The notes: generated from the sequence alone by a model not told the origin. DNA of 64,000 nt from the human T2T-CHM13v2.0 reference genome, Homo sapiens (GCF_009914755.1 NC_060929.1), one strand, 5' to 3'; shown: positions 1 to 30,616, counted from the first letter of the stretch. Program-made: numbers and translations.

Positions 1-182
1 GTAGCCCAGATGTTCCCGGAAGGAAGTGCAAGCGCAGGAGAGCGGTGAGAGTGTGTGCACAGGGTGTGTGCCCATGGGCCCCGCAGACGTGGCAGCTCCG
101 GGTAGGGGCTGAATTAGGGTGGCCAGCCCTCCTTTACCCAGCTGGCTGCCAGTCCCAAGGGAGCCCTGTGTCGGCCCGGACA

Positions 183-191
183 ATGCACCAG
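183..191 (+). CDS. SMIM33: SMIM33 coding exon 1 (MHQ)
   Basis: ATG CAC CAG followed by a GT donor (gtagac) at 192; joins in frame to the exon at 1593, giving [11 protein letters not shown]..., 132 aa. Confidence 0.8.
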
Positions 192-1214
192 GTAGACTCT
201 GCTCACCCCTTCCTGCCAGGCTGGGCTGACTCCCTGCAGGGTCCCCCTGTCTGTCACCAGCCTCAGCTTCCCCTTTTCCTCTGCACATCTAGAGCTGCTT
301 CCCCACCCCCTGCCCTGGGAACTTTGTGGCCTGGGACCCAGAGACACTTGCAAGGTAGGGTGGGGGGTGTGCCTTTCCACAAAGGGATGCATGTGGGAGA
401 TGGGATAGTGTGGACAAGGGGACTGAGGGGCTAAAGGACATGGGTTTGTCCTGGGAAGCCTTTCCTGGCCTACCCATGGGGAGGGCCATGCTGAGAGTGC
501 AGGGTTAGAGAGAGGGGCTCCACCCGCTAAGATTTGTTCCAGGATGGCCCATCTGGGAAGGGGAAGCTAGGGAGGCAAAGTTTCTTGGGCCTGTGAGGAC
601 CTCAGCTCTAGGGTTTACAGTTTTGCCATTTGCTACCTTCACTACAATGCCACCACCCCCATCTAATACCAAGCAGGGTGGAGTCAGACAGGGGTACGGA
701 TCGTGACCCCCAGCTTTTGGTAGAAGAACACTGGGACTTGGACAGAGGAAGACTGGCACAGGGTCTCCACAATCCATCCTGGGCAGAGCCAGGAGTCCAC
801 ACTGGGCACCCCCTCTCCTCCAGGACCCCAGAACCTGATGTTGAGACCTCGGCAGGGTGGCAGGGGTACAGTTATGGAAAGAGGCATCCCCCTGCCTTCT
901 AAGTTCACATCCCCTCTACCTCTACCTCTACCTCTCCCGCCGCCAGGGCACCACCTGTCTGTCTTCTGTGTGAGTGGGGAGTAAGGGGAGCCTAAAATGC
1001 TGGACAAGGACCCCCTTTCCCCAGGACTTTAAGAAGCAGGTGCTCTCTGCCCACTGCCTAGGATGTGGGGACAGCAGCCCATAGCGTGCCAAGACTCCCG
1101 ACCCAGGGCACAGGATCTATTTAGGAATTTTGCTGGAGACCTGGGAAAAGGGGACAGTGGGAGGAAACTTGGGGGGCCAAACTGTATACGCTGGACTGTG
1201 ATGAAGCCAGCACT

Positions 1215-1982
<768 letters not shown>

Positions 1983-3711
1983 GAGGGAGACTTTGGAGAG
2001 TTAGCCTGACCTAGCTCAGAACAAGAAACCGGGCAGAGAACTAGGGCAAAAGCAAATTGGAGCCTGGGCATCAGAGCGTCGGAAGGGCACACTGGACTCA
2101 GCTGGAGCTGCTCTCTCAGAACATTTATAGAGAGAGCCCTGTGGTGGGCAAGAGAAATCAAAACTTGAGGGCCCTGCCCAGAAACATGCTGCGGGGGGCC
2201 TTCCCAGGGCCCAAGGCCACCTCACAAAGTCCCTCCCTCCTCTTCAGGGACCACCAGACCCCTGAATCTCCTTTTCTGAGTCTCTGCCCCTTCATTGCAC
2301 GCTTAATCTCCTTCCTTTGTAATGTGAATCCAACTCCCCACAAGCAGGAATGTCAGAGGCCCCGTGGAGAGGCCCTCATCCTACAAAGGCCAGCCAGGGA
2401 GAGCCCAGGCGGAGAAGCTGGGATCTGCCTTCCCTTAGGCTCACTGGTCTTAGGGAAGTGACGAACGTCTGTTCTCCTTGGGGCAGTCAGTCAGGGGCAG
2501 TCCTTCGGCTGTTAGGGCCCAGACCTTGTTGACAAGCTCCGAAGTCCTTGTAAGCCCAAGCACAATTTATAGTTCAAAGATTGGCTTTCAAAGGCCCCCA
2601 CTGACTCTGTCTTGCCTCTCCAGAAGGGATGGGGGAATTTGGGAGCCTCTCATTGCCTCCCACTTTCTGTGTGCCTGGGCCTGTTGGAACAAGCCTAGAA
2701 TGTACCACAGGACATTTCCCAGATCTTTCCGGCTGATGAGAAAACAGGAAAGGAAAAGGAGCTCCATGGAACTTGTTTTGGGAAGGAAGGAGTGGGGTGG
2801 GGACCACTCCCAGCTGTGGGAGTGCCTGGGTCTAATCAGCAGGGGGGTCAGGATGATGCATCCAGAAGCCAGGAAGACAAAACTGGGCCTCCTGGTGGCT
2901 CAGTGCCTGCTGGTGGCACTGCCTTCCCCAGCACCTCTGAATCTTACTCATCTGCAGTCAAGAACACGCAGACAGACATTTATGGCAGGACCTCTGGTGC
3001 TCTACCCTGGGGAACTCCTGGGGACAAGAAGTCCCCTGGGGGCATTGGCAAGACCCCACCACAGTCAGGGAGGCTGGGAAATAACAGAATATAAAAAGGA
3101 ACAGAGGTGGGGATTGCAGTGTGTGCAGAGGGCAGGCTTGCCTCCTTTGGGATTGGGGAGAGGCAGCTAAAGTGTTAATAGCTGCCCCTTGTTGTGGGTC
3201 AGCTAAGTGCTGGACACCAGGCTTCTCTGTGGACCTACAGATATGATACCATTCACTCCTCACAACAACCTCCAGGGGAGGGGCCACTGCTATCCCCGTT
3301 TTACACTTGGGGAAACTGAGGGTTATCAAGATACCTAAGTAGACACAGGTCCTAAGTGGTGGAGTCAGGATTTGAAGCTGGGGCCATCAGACTCCACAGC
3401 CTAAGCCCCATGACAGTTACTGGATGGATTGGAAAGGCCTTTGATTCTGGGCTGGTTTCTAGTATACAAGCCACTGGTGTGATGATGGAGGATCTTCAGG
3501 CCTTGAGGACAGGGTGGGATACTTAGGGAGAGTGGGGACTGTTCCCCCTTGACTCCCTTGGCTCTGCCGTTCTTAGGGGCAGCCAGTTCCTTCTAACCCA
3601 TGTGTGTCTGTGTGGAGCATTTCTCCACAGTGATGCTGTACTCAGAAATGTATATTGAGCCTTTGTGACCAAAAAAAACCAAAACAAAACAAAACAAAAA
3701 AAACCAAAACA

Positions 3712-4009
3712 GGCCAGGCACAGTGCACGGTGTCTCATGCCTGTGATCCTAGCACTTTGGGAGGCCAAGGTGGGAGGATCACCCAAGGTCAGGAGTTCAA
3801 GACTAGCCTGGCGAAACCCCGTCTCTACTAAAAATACAAAATTAGCCGGGCATGGTGGTGCATGTCTGTAATCTCAGCTACTCAAGAGACTGAGGCAGGA
3901 GAATCGCCTGAACCCGGGAGGCGGAGGTTGCAGTGAGCTGAGATCGTGCCGTTGTACTCCAGACTGAGTGACAACAGCGAAACTCCAACTCAAAAAAAAA
4001 AAAAAAAAA
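3712..4009 (+). mobile_element. Alu (AluS-like)
   Basis: ggccaggca...dimeric Alu body, A-rich linker, poly(A) tail. Confidence 0.9.
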
Positions 4010-4589
4010 GGTGGGAGGGAGGGAAGGAGCCCAGCTTGGTGAGACAAATGGAACTAACAGAGATGGGCTGCCTTCCCTCCCAGATGGGGACAGCTGTGCC
4101 ACCACAGTGTTGAATCAGTGGCTCAGTTGTAACCGTGATGGTGGAAGGTATGGCACGGCAGCTGGCTGTGCTGTCCAAGGCCCTCCAGGGACTGTCCCAT
4201 CTCATCACACAAACTCTTTCCCCCTTGTCCGTTTGCAGGCTCTCTCATCTGGCACCTATAGTGACACCTGCTCCTTTGAGTGGCCCCTTGCCCAGGACAC
4301 AGCTGTGTTCCTTCATGGCATCATTTGTGTGCTGGCTCAGGCCAGCCTATGGTCCCTGCTCCCCAAGCCTCTCACTGAAGAGAAAGGCACTGAAAGGACA
4401 GGTGCCCTCAGCCCAACTGGTAGGCTCTGTCCAGATGGTAAATGACACGCAGCACCCTGCTGCCCTGTACCAAGATGAGGAGGGGTGCAGGGAGGCATGC
4501 ATGTGCAGGCAGGTTTGGACATTAGGGACAGTAATTCCCATCTGTTATATCGGTCAGAGTCCAGCAGGAAAAAGACGACACACTCACAT

Positions 4590-5321
4590 TGGGTAATCTG
4601 AGATGTGCTTTAAAAAAGGACCGTTGAGAAAGGGGTGGAGTATAAGGAAACCGCAAGTGAGAGGGAGTACTCTAGTGGGGTGGGGGTGCCGATACACAGC
4701 TAGGCTTAAGGGGCCAGGGAAGGAAGTGGTGCCAGAATCCTAGAGATAGTCATGATTACGCAAGAGTTGCCCGGCAGGAGAGTCCATAGCAACCTTGATG
4801 CTGCAGGGTGGGAGCCGGGGGATTCAATACCCCAAACTCAGCCTCCTCCTCCTCTCCATTCTTCTGCTGGGGCTCCCCAATAATGGAACATGACCAGGAG
4901 CCAGAGGGCGAAGGAGCCTGTTGATACCATTGAGAGAGTTCGGCGTCCCCGGGCAAAGGAAGGGGAGAAGGGTGGGGAGTGGGTCTGGAAGGCCCCATGA
5001 AAGACACCTGGCACACCCCCTAAGTACACTAGCATCCAAAGTTTATGAAAAACTTCCACACACTCAGTCCTCACAACAACCGTGAGGGAGGTAAGGCAGT
5101 GATTATGATCCCATTTCACAGGTTGAAGACACCGAGGCTCAGAGAGGGGAAATGACTGGCCCAAGGGGACAAGACGCATCTTAAGATGTCAAGTCCTGGA
5201 CCCTTCCCTGCAAGGCCCCCTGTGGAAGGAAATAGCTCTGCTGGACATTCAGCCACTGAAGAGAGCCCCCAGTCCAGAGGCTTGGAGACCACTGGAGGCT
5301 CTGGCCTGGTGACCCTGGGTC
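4590..5321 (-). other. STING1: STING1 3'UTR (3' end approximate); includes a MIR-like segment ~5050-5170
   Basis: Downstream of the TGA at 5322; no canonical AATAAA seen on the minus strand, TTTAAA variant at 4609-4614 followed by GU-rich sequence. Confidence 0.6.
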
Positions 5322-5552
<231 letters not shown>

Positions 5553-5685
5553 TTACCCATTCCCACTCAAACATACCTAGAGAACTTGCTGGGAAGATCC
5601 CCTAACCCTCCCTACCCCCCTTCCTACCCAAGCCCCAGCCACTGGGACTAGAGTTTCATAGAATCCTAGAGGTAGAAGTGGTTCA

Positions 5686-5989
<304 letters not shown>

Positions 5990-6373
5990 TCAGAGAGAAT
6001 GAAATTCCACCCTCTTACTTTTAAAGCTAATGCTCAGAGAGGAGCAGAAACCTGCCCGAGGTCACACAGTGAGGGAGTAGTAGAGCCGAGGCTGCAGCCC
6101 TAGTCTCCTGTGCCCAGTACATACTGGCCTGGGACTCTTCTGTTTCCTCTGGAATCCTAGATGAAGTGAGAGGCCCCTAGAACCCACCTCTTCAGGCTCC
6201 CCTGAGGGATTACAGTCAAAGACCTAAAAAGCAATCTGGTGTGCTGGGAAGAGGGGGCTTCTCCCAGGGAAGGAAGGACAGGCCCAGGGCATGGTGCTCC
6301 ATAGCCCCTTCTGACTCTTTGGGAGACCCTGGGACCCCTGACTCCTCCTGCCCTCCAGCCTATCAACCCCTCA

Positions 6374-6577
<204 letters not shown>

Positions 6578-7304
6578 CTAGAGGAGGTAAGAGGAAGACC
6601 AGACTAAGCCAGGGGCCAGGCGGATGGAGAATGGAGGGTCCAGTCCAGGCTCTGGCCCCCAGTGCCACGGGCTGAGGCCCCACTCCCTCAGCCTGTAACG
6701 ATAGAGTCCTGGGAGGTGGCCACCCTAATGGGGTCTATGCTGTCTGGCCTGCCTTTGCCTCTGATACCCAACTCTGAAATCAGGGACACGGCTGGGCTAA
6801 ATTTACCCTTCACAGATCCTTCTTCCAAGATCCTAGGGCAAGACCCGAGGCTGTCAACTGCTCCAGCTGGGAATCAGGTCTGGGGCTAGGCTCTGGGTTC
6901 AACTCTGGTCTGGGTTCCCCTGCACCCACATGAATCCTTCAGATGTTCTCACAGCCTTCGTCTGGGGCAGCTTTATGGTCAAGAGCATGGTACAGTCAAG
7001 TTTAAATCGTCCACTTTCCTACGGTGTCTCTGAGCCTCAGTGTCCTCCTCTGTAAAGTGGGAATGCTAACAGTCCCTACCCCATAGGGTGGTGGTGAGAA
7101 TTCAATGAGGTGATCAGATGACACACCCAGAATAGCATCCAGCTTGTAGTAAGTGCTCGATAAATGTTACTCATCATTATCATTCAGAGCTGAATCCTGC
7201 CCAGACCTGGGACCAGCTAGGGACACTACAGCTCAGAGAAGGGCAGTGAATTTTCATCAGTGCTTGGCTAGGGCCCAGGGTTCTGGGGTCCTGACCCCTC
7301 CTCA

Positions 7305-7778
<474 letters not shown>

Positions 7779-8010
7779 TCACTTCTTTCCTCAGATGTCT
7801 ATGTCAGCGCCACCCCTTTCCACCATGGCTTTCAGGGCTGAGAGGCAGGCAGAGCCCTGAGAGGTGACATTTCCAGCATTCTCGTGTGCACAGAGGGAGG
7901 CCTCTAGCCCCAGATCAGTCTCCTAGCGGAAGCCCTAGGAGATAGCAATGAGATATGGAAGAGCTGCCGCTTTAGCCTGCAAGTCAGAAGAATAAAACAC
8001 ACAGGCTTAG

Positions 8011-9626
<1,616 letters not shown>

Positions 9627-9807
9627 ATTCACAAGTGACCTTGGGCAAGTCACTTAATGGCTCTAAGCCCCATATTCCTTTCTGCAAACTAGGCATCATA
9701 GCAACATCCTTCATGCCTTGGGATTAAAGGATTTGGTAGACATGAAAATGCTTTGAAAAATATAGTGAGTTCTGTGTGTTTAGAAACACAAGAGGCTGTG
9801 TGTCTTA

Positions 9808-10098
<291 letters not shown>

Positions 10099-10220
10099 TT
10101 ATAGGTTCTACTCCATGGACTCCAGCCTTTAAACCAGTCCCACTCCCAGTACTCAGCTCAGGGCAGGTCACACCAGCCACAGCCACCACTTGGCCAGAGC
10201 TTCTACCTCCCCCTGTGTCA

Positions 10221-10451
<231 letters not shown>

Positions 10452-10541
10452 TCAGCCAGAGAGGTTCAAGGAGGGGCAGGGCTAGGCATCAAGGGAGTGA
10501 CACACGTTGGATACCCCGTCCCTGGGTACTGCAGTGAGTCA

Positions 10542-11177
<636 letters not shown>

Positions 11178-11274
11178 TCAGGGAGTGGGGACAGGGCAGC
11201 CAGCAGGCACCCCCTCGCCTCTGGGTGCCAGGGGCCCTAGGTTTGGCGTTCTGCCAGGCTGATCTTGAGCCTAC

Positions 11275-11367
11275 CTTCTGCCTCCCGGACACTGGCTGCT
11301 CTGGATGATGACGAGGAGAGAAGGCCCGGCGCTACGAGCAGCCAAGGGCAGCTTCTCTGAGTGCAGC
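11275..11367 (-). other. STING1: STING1 exon 2 (5'UTR)
   Basis: ttttcag|GCTGCAC acceptor and GCAGAAG|gtaggc donor; agrees with recalled mRNA ...gaggcagaagATGCCC. Confidence 0.85.
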
Positions 11368-11614
11368 CTGAAAATGAGATGTTAACAACGATTGGTTTCT
11401 CCACAACACTCTAGCCCTGGCGTTTCTCCAAACCGCAGCTTTACTGGTGCTGGGAAGGAGGGTATTTCCTGTTCCTCAGGAAGGGAGGTAGGAACCTTCC
11501 CTCAAAGCCCTGATGAGCTGGGCCTGAGTCCTGGGGTCAGGGGTGAGGTTTGAGAAAGCCTCCATTCCATTGCCCTTTGCTACCCCCAAACCAAGGGTGT
11601 TTAGAAACACTCAC

Positions 11615-11825
11615 CGCAGTCACAGCTCTGAACAGCGGGTTCCCCTCAAGCCACCACGATCAAACACACTGTACCTAACACCTGAGCAGGACTCCACACA
11701 CTCAGCCAAAGGCAGCACACACATCACACGATGATTCCCCGTCTCATATTTTTCTTCTGGTTTCCAGGATGCAGATTCTTTTTCTGAAAAGTGTGACCTA
11801 GGAGGGAGGAGTGAAAAATGAACAG
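11615..11825 (-). other. STING1: STING1 exon 1 (5'UTR; TSS approximate)
   Basis: GACTGCG|gtgagt donor; TATA box ~25-30 bp upstream of the 5' end. Confidence 0.75.
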
Positions 11826-11827
11826 TT

Positions 11828-11855
11828 ATTTCCGGTAACAAGAGCTATTTTTATA
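11828..11855 (-). promoter_or_regulatory. STING1 core promoter: TATA box plus overlapping GAS-like/ETS motif
   Basis: Minus strand TATAAAA (11855-11849) and TTACCGGAAAT (GAS-like TTNCNNNAA at 11830-11838 containing the ETS core CCGGAA). Confidence 0.7.
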
Positions 11856-11986
11856 AAGCACTTGGTGGGAGAGGAGGGGCACAGAGGAATGGGGGTTTGG
11901 CTCTTTGCAGGAAATGGCCACGCCTGTGACTTCTCCAAGAGAGCCTGCCGGTTTCTGCCCAGAAGGCGGTTGTGGGGATGATATTA

Positions 11987-13977
<1,991 letters not shown>

Positions 13978-14303
13978 CAAGCTTTGAGTTCCCTTGGGGT
14001 GGGAAGTGTCTCTGGCTGCAGTAAGCTGCTTCAAAGAAGGGGCAGGCCTGGAGAGTGAGGCTAGGATGGCACCCGCAGAGCAGCAGTAGTTCATTCCTGT
14101 CCAGGTCAGAGGGGTCCTCGCCCTGAACCCTTCCCCACATCATGACCAGACATGGGAAGACACACATTGATAGATGCCTTGGCCTCAGAGGAGCAATGAG
14201 GCTTCCTGGAAACTCTGGTTTTTCAAAATCATGCCCTAACAATGCAGGGAATTCCCTACACTTTCTCTCCTCTACAATAGGCTCACATAAAGACCTAGGA
14301 GAA

Positions 14304-15195
<892 letters not shown>

Positions 15196-15944
15196 CCCAA
15201 CATTGTCTCAGTCTTAAGACCTCCTTCCACTCCCGTCTGTCCCCTCTCCCTCCCCTCTGCCCTACCTGCTACTCTGGGCTCATTTCCCTGAGTCTGAACC
15301 TGCTCTAATGCAGACCTTGCAGGCGCAGAAGGCACTGAGGCCAGGTCATTCAGATAAAGTAAGCTGGGGCTTGGCCAAAAGGAGTGGGAATGGTGGGGTC
15401 CAGGGAAGCCGGGAAGCCAGCCTAGCCTGGCCTGCCTGGAGAGAAAGGTCCTGCAGGGTGCGGGAAGGAGTGCAGGCTGCGAAGGGAGCAGAGGCCCCAC
15501 AGCCTGGGCCTTCCAGTGCCAGGCCAGGATTTCCGCACACCCTTAATCCATGCAGTCTATCCCTGTGTGTACCGTGCTTTGCATGGGATAGGACTGCTGG
15601 TGCACGTGCCAGGTCAGTACTTGTCATGGCACCTACAGCTGGACAGGGGAAATGGGCAGAACACAACTGTATGAGTAAGTAGTTAACTACAGATGTGGCA
15701 GGGCTACAAGGAATGCACTCAGCCTGCTGCCGTGAGCGGAAATTGGAATACCCAGGGTCAGGTTTCCCTGAAGGCAGCGATTTACCCTGAGTTTGGAAGG
15801 AGGATGGGAGTGATGGAGGGCGGGTGGGTGTGCAACATTCTGAAAGGAGCAGCACACACAAAGGCCCTGGAGTGGGAAGGAGCCAGGCAGTGGAGGAACA
15901 GAGCAATGGCTGGTGCAGCTGGGGCAAGTAAGCATGTGGAGGGG

Positions 15945-17298
<1,354 letters not shown>

Positions 17299-18101
17299 GG
17301 TCAGTGGTATAAGAACGGGACTGGAGGGTGGGTGGGACCCTTGTGGCTTGTGGCCAGGGCCTCAGTACCTAGGAAGCATCACAACAGCTGCATTCATGGG
17401 ATTGTCCTCAGCAGTAAGACACTTCAGCTGTATTGACAAGCAGGGACATCACAGCTCTTCCAGACTGACCATCTGGTCCTCCAAAGAGGAAGCTGAGGGC
17501 CATGGAGGGAAGTTAGGCCCAAGTTCCAGGCTGCCTGGCTTACTGGCTGCAGCTCTCAGGCTGGTGGTGCTGAGTTCCCACACTCCGCTCCACAGCCTGC
17601 TCCTTCCTCTGGTAGTTGCTTCTTCCCTCCAGACACCCCGGAAGTGCTGGTCTGGGCTGGCTTTCATTTCTATTTCCAGCTGAGTTACAGCTTTCACGAG
17701 TCTTCCCTGAAACTCATTATCAGTGGTCCCAGTGAGAAATAAGCCCCCATGCTTTCATTCAGGGGACTCTGGGCCTTGGACAGAGTGTGAATGGGGTAGG
17801 GAGGCCTCTGGCCTCTATGGAGCCACTCTTTTGCCCACACAACCTCAGTGCCCCTTAATCCTACCAGAATAGGGACATTGGGGGGATTTTATCAGTTGAT
17901 CACAGTAGACCTGGTTTCCAATCTGGCCTCTGCTTCTTCTGGCTGTGTGACCTTGGCCCAGATATGCAACCTCTTTAAACCCAAATTTCCTCATACCTAA
18001 AATGGGGATAGCAACATCTTTTATCTGACAGAATTGTTTTGAGAATGGAAAGAAAAAATGCATAAATGCATGTGCAGACCTGATTTGTAAATGCTCAGTA
18101 A

Positions 18102-19513
<1,412 letters not shown>

Positions 19514-19680
19514 TGATAATAGCTTTATTGAGATATGTCATATATTATACGGCTCACCAACTTAAAGCATGCTATTCAATTCAATGGTTTTAAGTATATT
19601 CACATAGTTGTGCAACCATCACCACAGTTAATTTTAGAACATTTTTGTCACTCCCAAAAGAAACCTGTACCTTTAGCCAT

Positions 19681-20056
19681 TGATATAGTTTGGCTCTGTC
19701 CCCACCAAAAATCTCATCTTGAATTGTAATCCCCATAATCCCTACATGTCAAGGGTGGGACCAGGTGGAGGTAATTGGATGATGAGGTGGTTTCCCCCAT
19801 GCTGTTCTCATGATAGTGAGTGAGTCTCATGAGATCTGATGGTTTTATAAGCGTTTGGCATTTCCCCGGCTTACACTCATTCCATCCTGCTGCCCTGTGA
19901 AAAAGGTGCCTGCTTCTCCTTTTCCTTCTGCCGTGATTGTAAGTTTCCTGAGGCCGCCCCGGCCATGCAAAACTGTGAGTCAATTAAACCTCTTTCCTTT
20001 ATAAATTATCTAGTCTTGGGTATTTCTTCATAGTAGTGTGAGAATGGACTAATATA
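19681..20056 (+). mobile_element. THE1-type MaLR solo LTR
   Basis: tgatatagtttggctctgtcccc...caattaaacctctttcc...gactaatata; 5-bp TSD gccat/accat. Confidence 0.88.
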
Positions 20057-20133
20057 ACCATCAACCCCCAACCACCAACCAACACCCCTACCTCATCCCC
20101 AGACAACCACTAATCTGCTTTCTGTATCTATAG

Positions 20134-20402
<269 letters not shown>

Positions 20403-20990
20403 TAGTAGAGACAGGGTTTCACAATGTTGGCCAGGCTGGTCTCGAACTCCTGACCTCAGGTGATCAGCCCTCCTTGATCTCCCAAAGTGCTGGGGTTACA
20501 GACCTGAGCCACTGCGCCCTGCCCTTAGCATCATGTTTTACAGGTTTGCCCATGTTGTAGCATGTATCAGTACTTCATTTCTTTTTATCCTTCTTGTTGC
20601 CAAAAATATTCCATTGTGTATAATGTTCCATTGATATACCACTTTTATTGACCATTAATTAGTTAAGGACAATTGAGTTATTTCCACTTTTTGACTATTA
20701 TAAATAATGCTGCAATGATCATTCATGCCCAAGTGTTTGTGTGGACACACATTTTCATTTCTCTTGGGTATGTACCTGGGTGAGGGGATGCTTGGTCATA
20801 TGGCAACTCTATATGTAAACTTTTGAAGAACTGCCAGACTGCTTTCCAAGTGGTTGCACCATTTTACTTTCCCACTAGTTATGTATGAGGGTTCCAGTTT
20901 CTCTACCTCCTAGTCAATATTTGCTATTCTCTGCCTGTTAAATTCTAGCCATCTAGTGTATGTGAAGTGATATCTTATTTTTTTATTTTA

Positions 20991-22771
<1,781 letters not shown>

Positions 22772-23065
22772 TTTTTTAGTCTGGAAGCAGTGGCTCATGC
22801 TTGTAATCCCAGCACTTTGGGAGGTCGAGGCCAGCAGATCACTTGAGGCCAGGAGTTCAAGACTAGCCTGGCCAATGTGGCCAAACCCCATCCCTATTAA
22901 AAATACAAAAAATTGCTTTGGGCCCTAGGTTTGTGTGGCCCGTGTCTCAGCCCACCCAAGGTCCCCTCGGATCGCTCAGAGAGGCACTCGGACCTGGAGC
23001 AGTGAGCAGAATGAATACCTTCTAAGACCAGAGTGGCAGCTCCAGTAATAGAGAACCCCTTTTGA

Positions 23066-23372
23066 GGCCAGGCACGGTGGCTCACACCTGTAATCCCAAC
23101 ACTTTGGGAGCCCGGGATGGGCGGATCACGAGGTCAGGAGATCGAGACCCTCCTGGCTAACACGGTGAAACCCCGTCTCTACTAAAAATACGAAAAATTA
23201 GCTGGGCGTGGTTGCAGGCGCCTGTAGTCTCAGCTACTCAGGAGGCTGAGGCTGGAGAATGGCCTGAACCCAGGAGGCGGAGCTTGCAGTGAGTCAGGAT
23301 CGCGCCACTGCACTCCAGCCTGGGCAACAGAGCGAGACTCTGTCTCAAAAATAAATAAATAAATAAATAAAT
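23066..23372 (+). mobile_element. AluY-like insertion in the NCOA4 pseudogene CDS
   Basis: 14-bp TSD AGAACCCCTTTTGA (23052-23065, 23373-23386); (TAAA)n tail; Y-type positions gatcacgagg..gagatcgagacc. Confidence 0.92.
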
Positions 23373-23674
23373 AGAACCCCTTTTGAGGTGTAGTGATGCA
23401 TGGAGGGACTTGGAGCTTGCTATTGGTGGAGTTCTCCGGGCTGAACAGCAAATTAAAGATAACTTGAGAGAGGTCAAAGCTCAGATTCACAGTTGCATAA
23501 GCTGTCACCTGGAATGTCTTAGAAGTTGTGAGGTGTGGCTATATGAACAGGTAGACCTCATCTATCAGCTTAAAGAGGAGACACTTCAACAGCAGGCTCA
23601 GTAGCTCTAGTGGTTATTGGGCCAGTTCAATTTTCTTACTCATCAACTGGACTGTACCCAAAACAAAGATCTAG

Positions 23675-24814
<1,140 letters not shown>

Positions 24815-25978
24815 TAAAGAACAGCCCCTTGTTGGAGTGGCTTATCAGGCCCCTATACAAAGAAGGAAGTCCCAAGGAAGGGCCTAGCACTGAAGACAGA
24901 ACTGGCAAACAAAAGCTTAAAAGGCCCATATGAGCACTTCCTGGTGTCCCTTTAACACAGCTGACTGGGTCCTGCCAGGAGAGAAGATGGGCAATCTCAG
25001 CCAGTTATCCTCTGGAGAAGACAAGTGGCTGCTTTGGAAGAAGACCCAGGAAGTATTACTTAATTAACCTCTACAGGAGAAACATAACTTCCCCCGAGAC
25101 CATTACCACCTCCCTGCAGTTTGTGATCTCTTTGCCTGTATGTAGCTTAAAGTTGATAAAGATAAGTGGTTATATCAAACTCCTCTACAGATGTGAAGGA
25201 TTGGACAAGAGTTGAGCAGCCTTTCTGCCTATTATCACACATCATGAGCTAAGTGACCGCGGCTTGCCAAATCATTGTGTTTCTGGGTCTGACCAGTTAG
25301 CTTAGTTCTTCTCCTGCCTAATTTTGAACTAGTAAAGCAAAATGAGTCATCAGATTATGAGTTATTGTTTAAAAGAAAAATGCTGTTTATTGATGCTGAG
25401 GTGATTCAGTTCCTTCCTCCTTACAGAAGTATTAATTCACCCACACACTAGAAATGCAGCATCTTTGTGGATATGTCTTTTTCACAAGCCTCCAAGTCTC
25501 CTTAGATTGGGTTGTTACTAAAAGTACATTAAAACACTCTAGTTTTAAAAATGAAATATTTCTCTAATCAAAGTGTATTGATGTATTCTAAAGATAGTAA
25601 ATTCCCTAACATTTAATTGCCCTATAGATGCTTCTCTTGCTGTGGGTTTTCTTCTGTTAGTGGTCTGAAATAATGATTTTCCTGTTCTATTAATATATAG
25701 TGTATTTTGCACAAAAAATTAACCTGCCCAATGGTGGTTACCAAAATATATATTAATAATCTTGGCAATTTTTGACATTAATTACCAAACATTTTAGCCT
25801 ACATGTTAGTTCTACATTATTACTTTTCACTTGAAAGGAACTCAGCTACTACAAATTTTGTCTTTCTTTCTTTCCATAAATGTTATTTAAAAATGCAGTG
25901 AGCTCTTTTAAAAGGGCTCGGTATTATTTCAACACTATTTTTGAGGTAGTTCTAACCTTTTAAAATATTCTACAGCCC

Positions 25979-26423
<445 letters not shown>

Positions 26424-27254
26424 TTAAACTAGGGATAAAGTCATCCTCTCACTGCAAGCACAGCATACCTGTATCTCCAAAAGTGATGTTCTAGTGAACA
26501 GGCCGTTTTCAACACTTGTGCCTTGGGGTGTTCATTGAAGCTTTATGAAAACTACTGATGTTTTCTCAATCTCCTTAAAGTTATGTCCATGCTTTAAAAT
26601 GTCTCTGTAGGAGAGAAGTGGAGTTTATGTTTTTAAATTCTCTAAGATATCTTTACTGCTTTCCAGACTTTGAAACTATTAAGCTTCTTAACTGCCTGTT
26701 ATTGAAAATACTTCTACGGAAACTTCATGGTCCCACAATGTCATTGCCATACAGCTTCACTAGAGTTCTTTGAACCACAGCTGAAAAGAGCTTTGTCTTA
26801 TTTTTTAATTCCCTCCCCAGATATCATTTAGAAGTATCATAATAAAGGTGGTGAGCAAAAACAACGTAAAGAGCCTTTCCAGTTATGTTAAGTTGCAGCT
26901 AACTCTCTACTTTCTTTTCTGAGGCCAAACACACTGTACTTTACATTGTCAAGATATAATTTACATTAATCACTATGTCTATGAGTATGTAAAACATCTT
27001 TTGCATTGATGAATTTTGTACATGCCACCATTAAAAGCATAACAGCCATTAAAAAAAGATACAAAAAATTAGCCAGGCGTGGTGGTGCATGTCTGTAATC
27101 CCAGCTACTCAGGAGGCTGAGGCAGGAGAATCACTTGAACCCAGGAGGCGGAGGTGGCAGTGAGCCGAAATCATGCCATTGTACTCCAGCAGGGCAGTGA
27201 CAGAGCGAGACTCCGTCTTAAAAAAAAATAAAAAGAAAAAAGAAAAGAAAAAAT

Positions 27255-30616
<3,362 letters not shown>

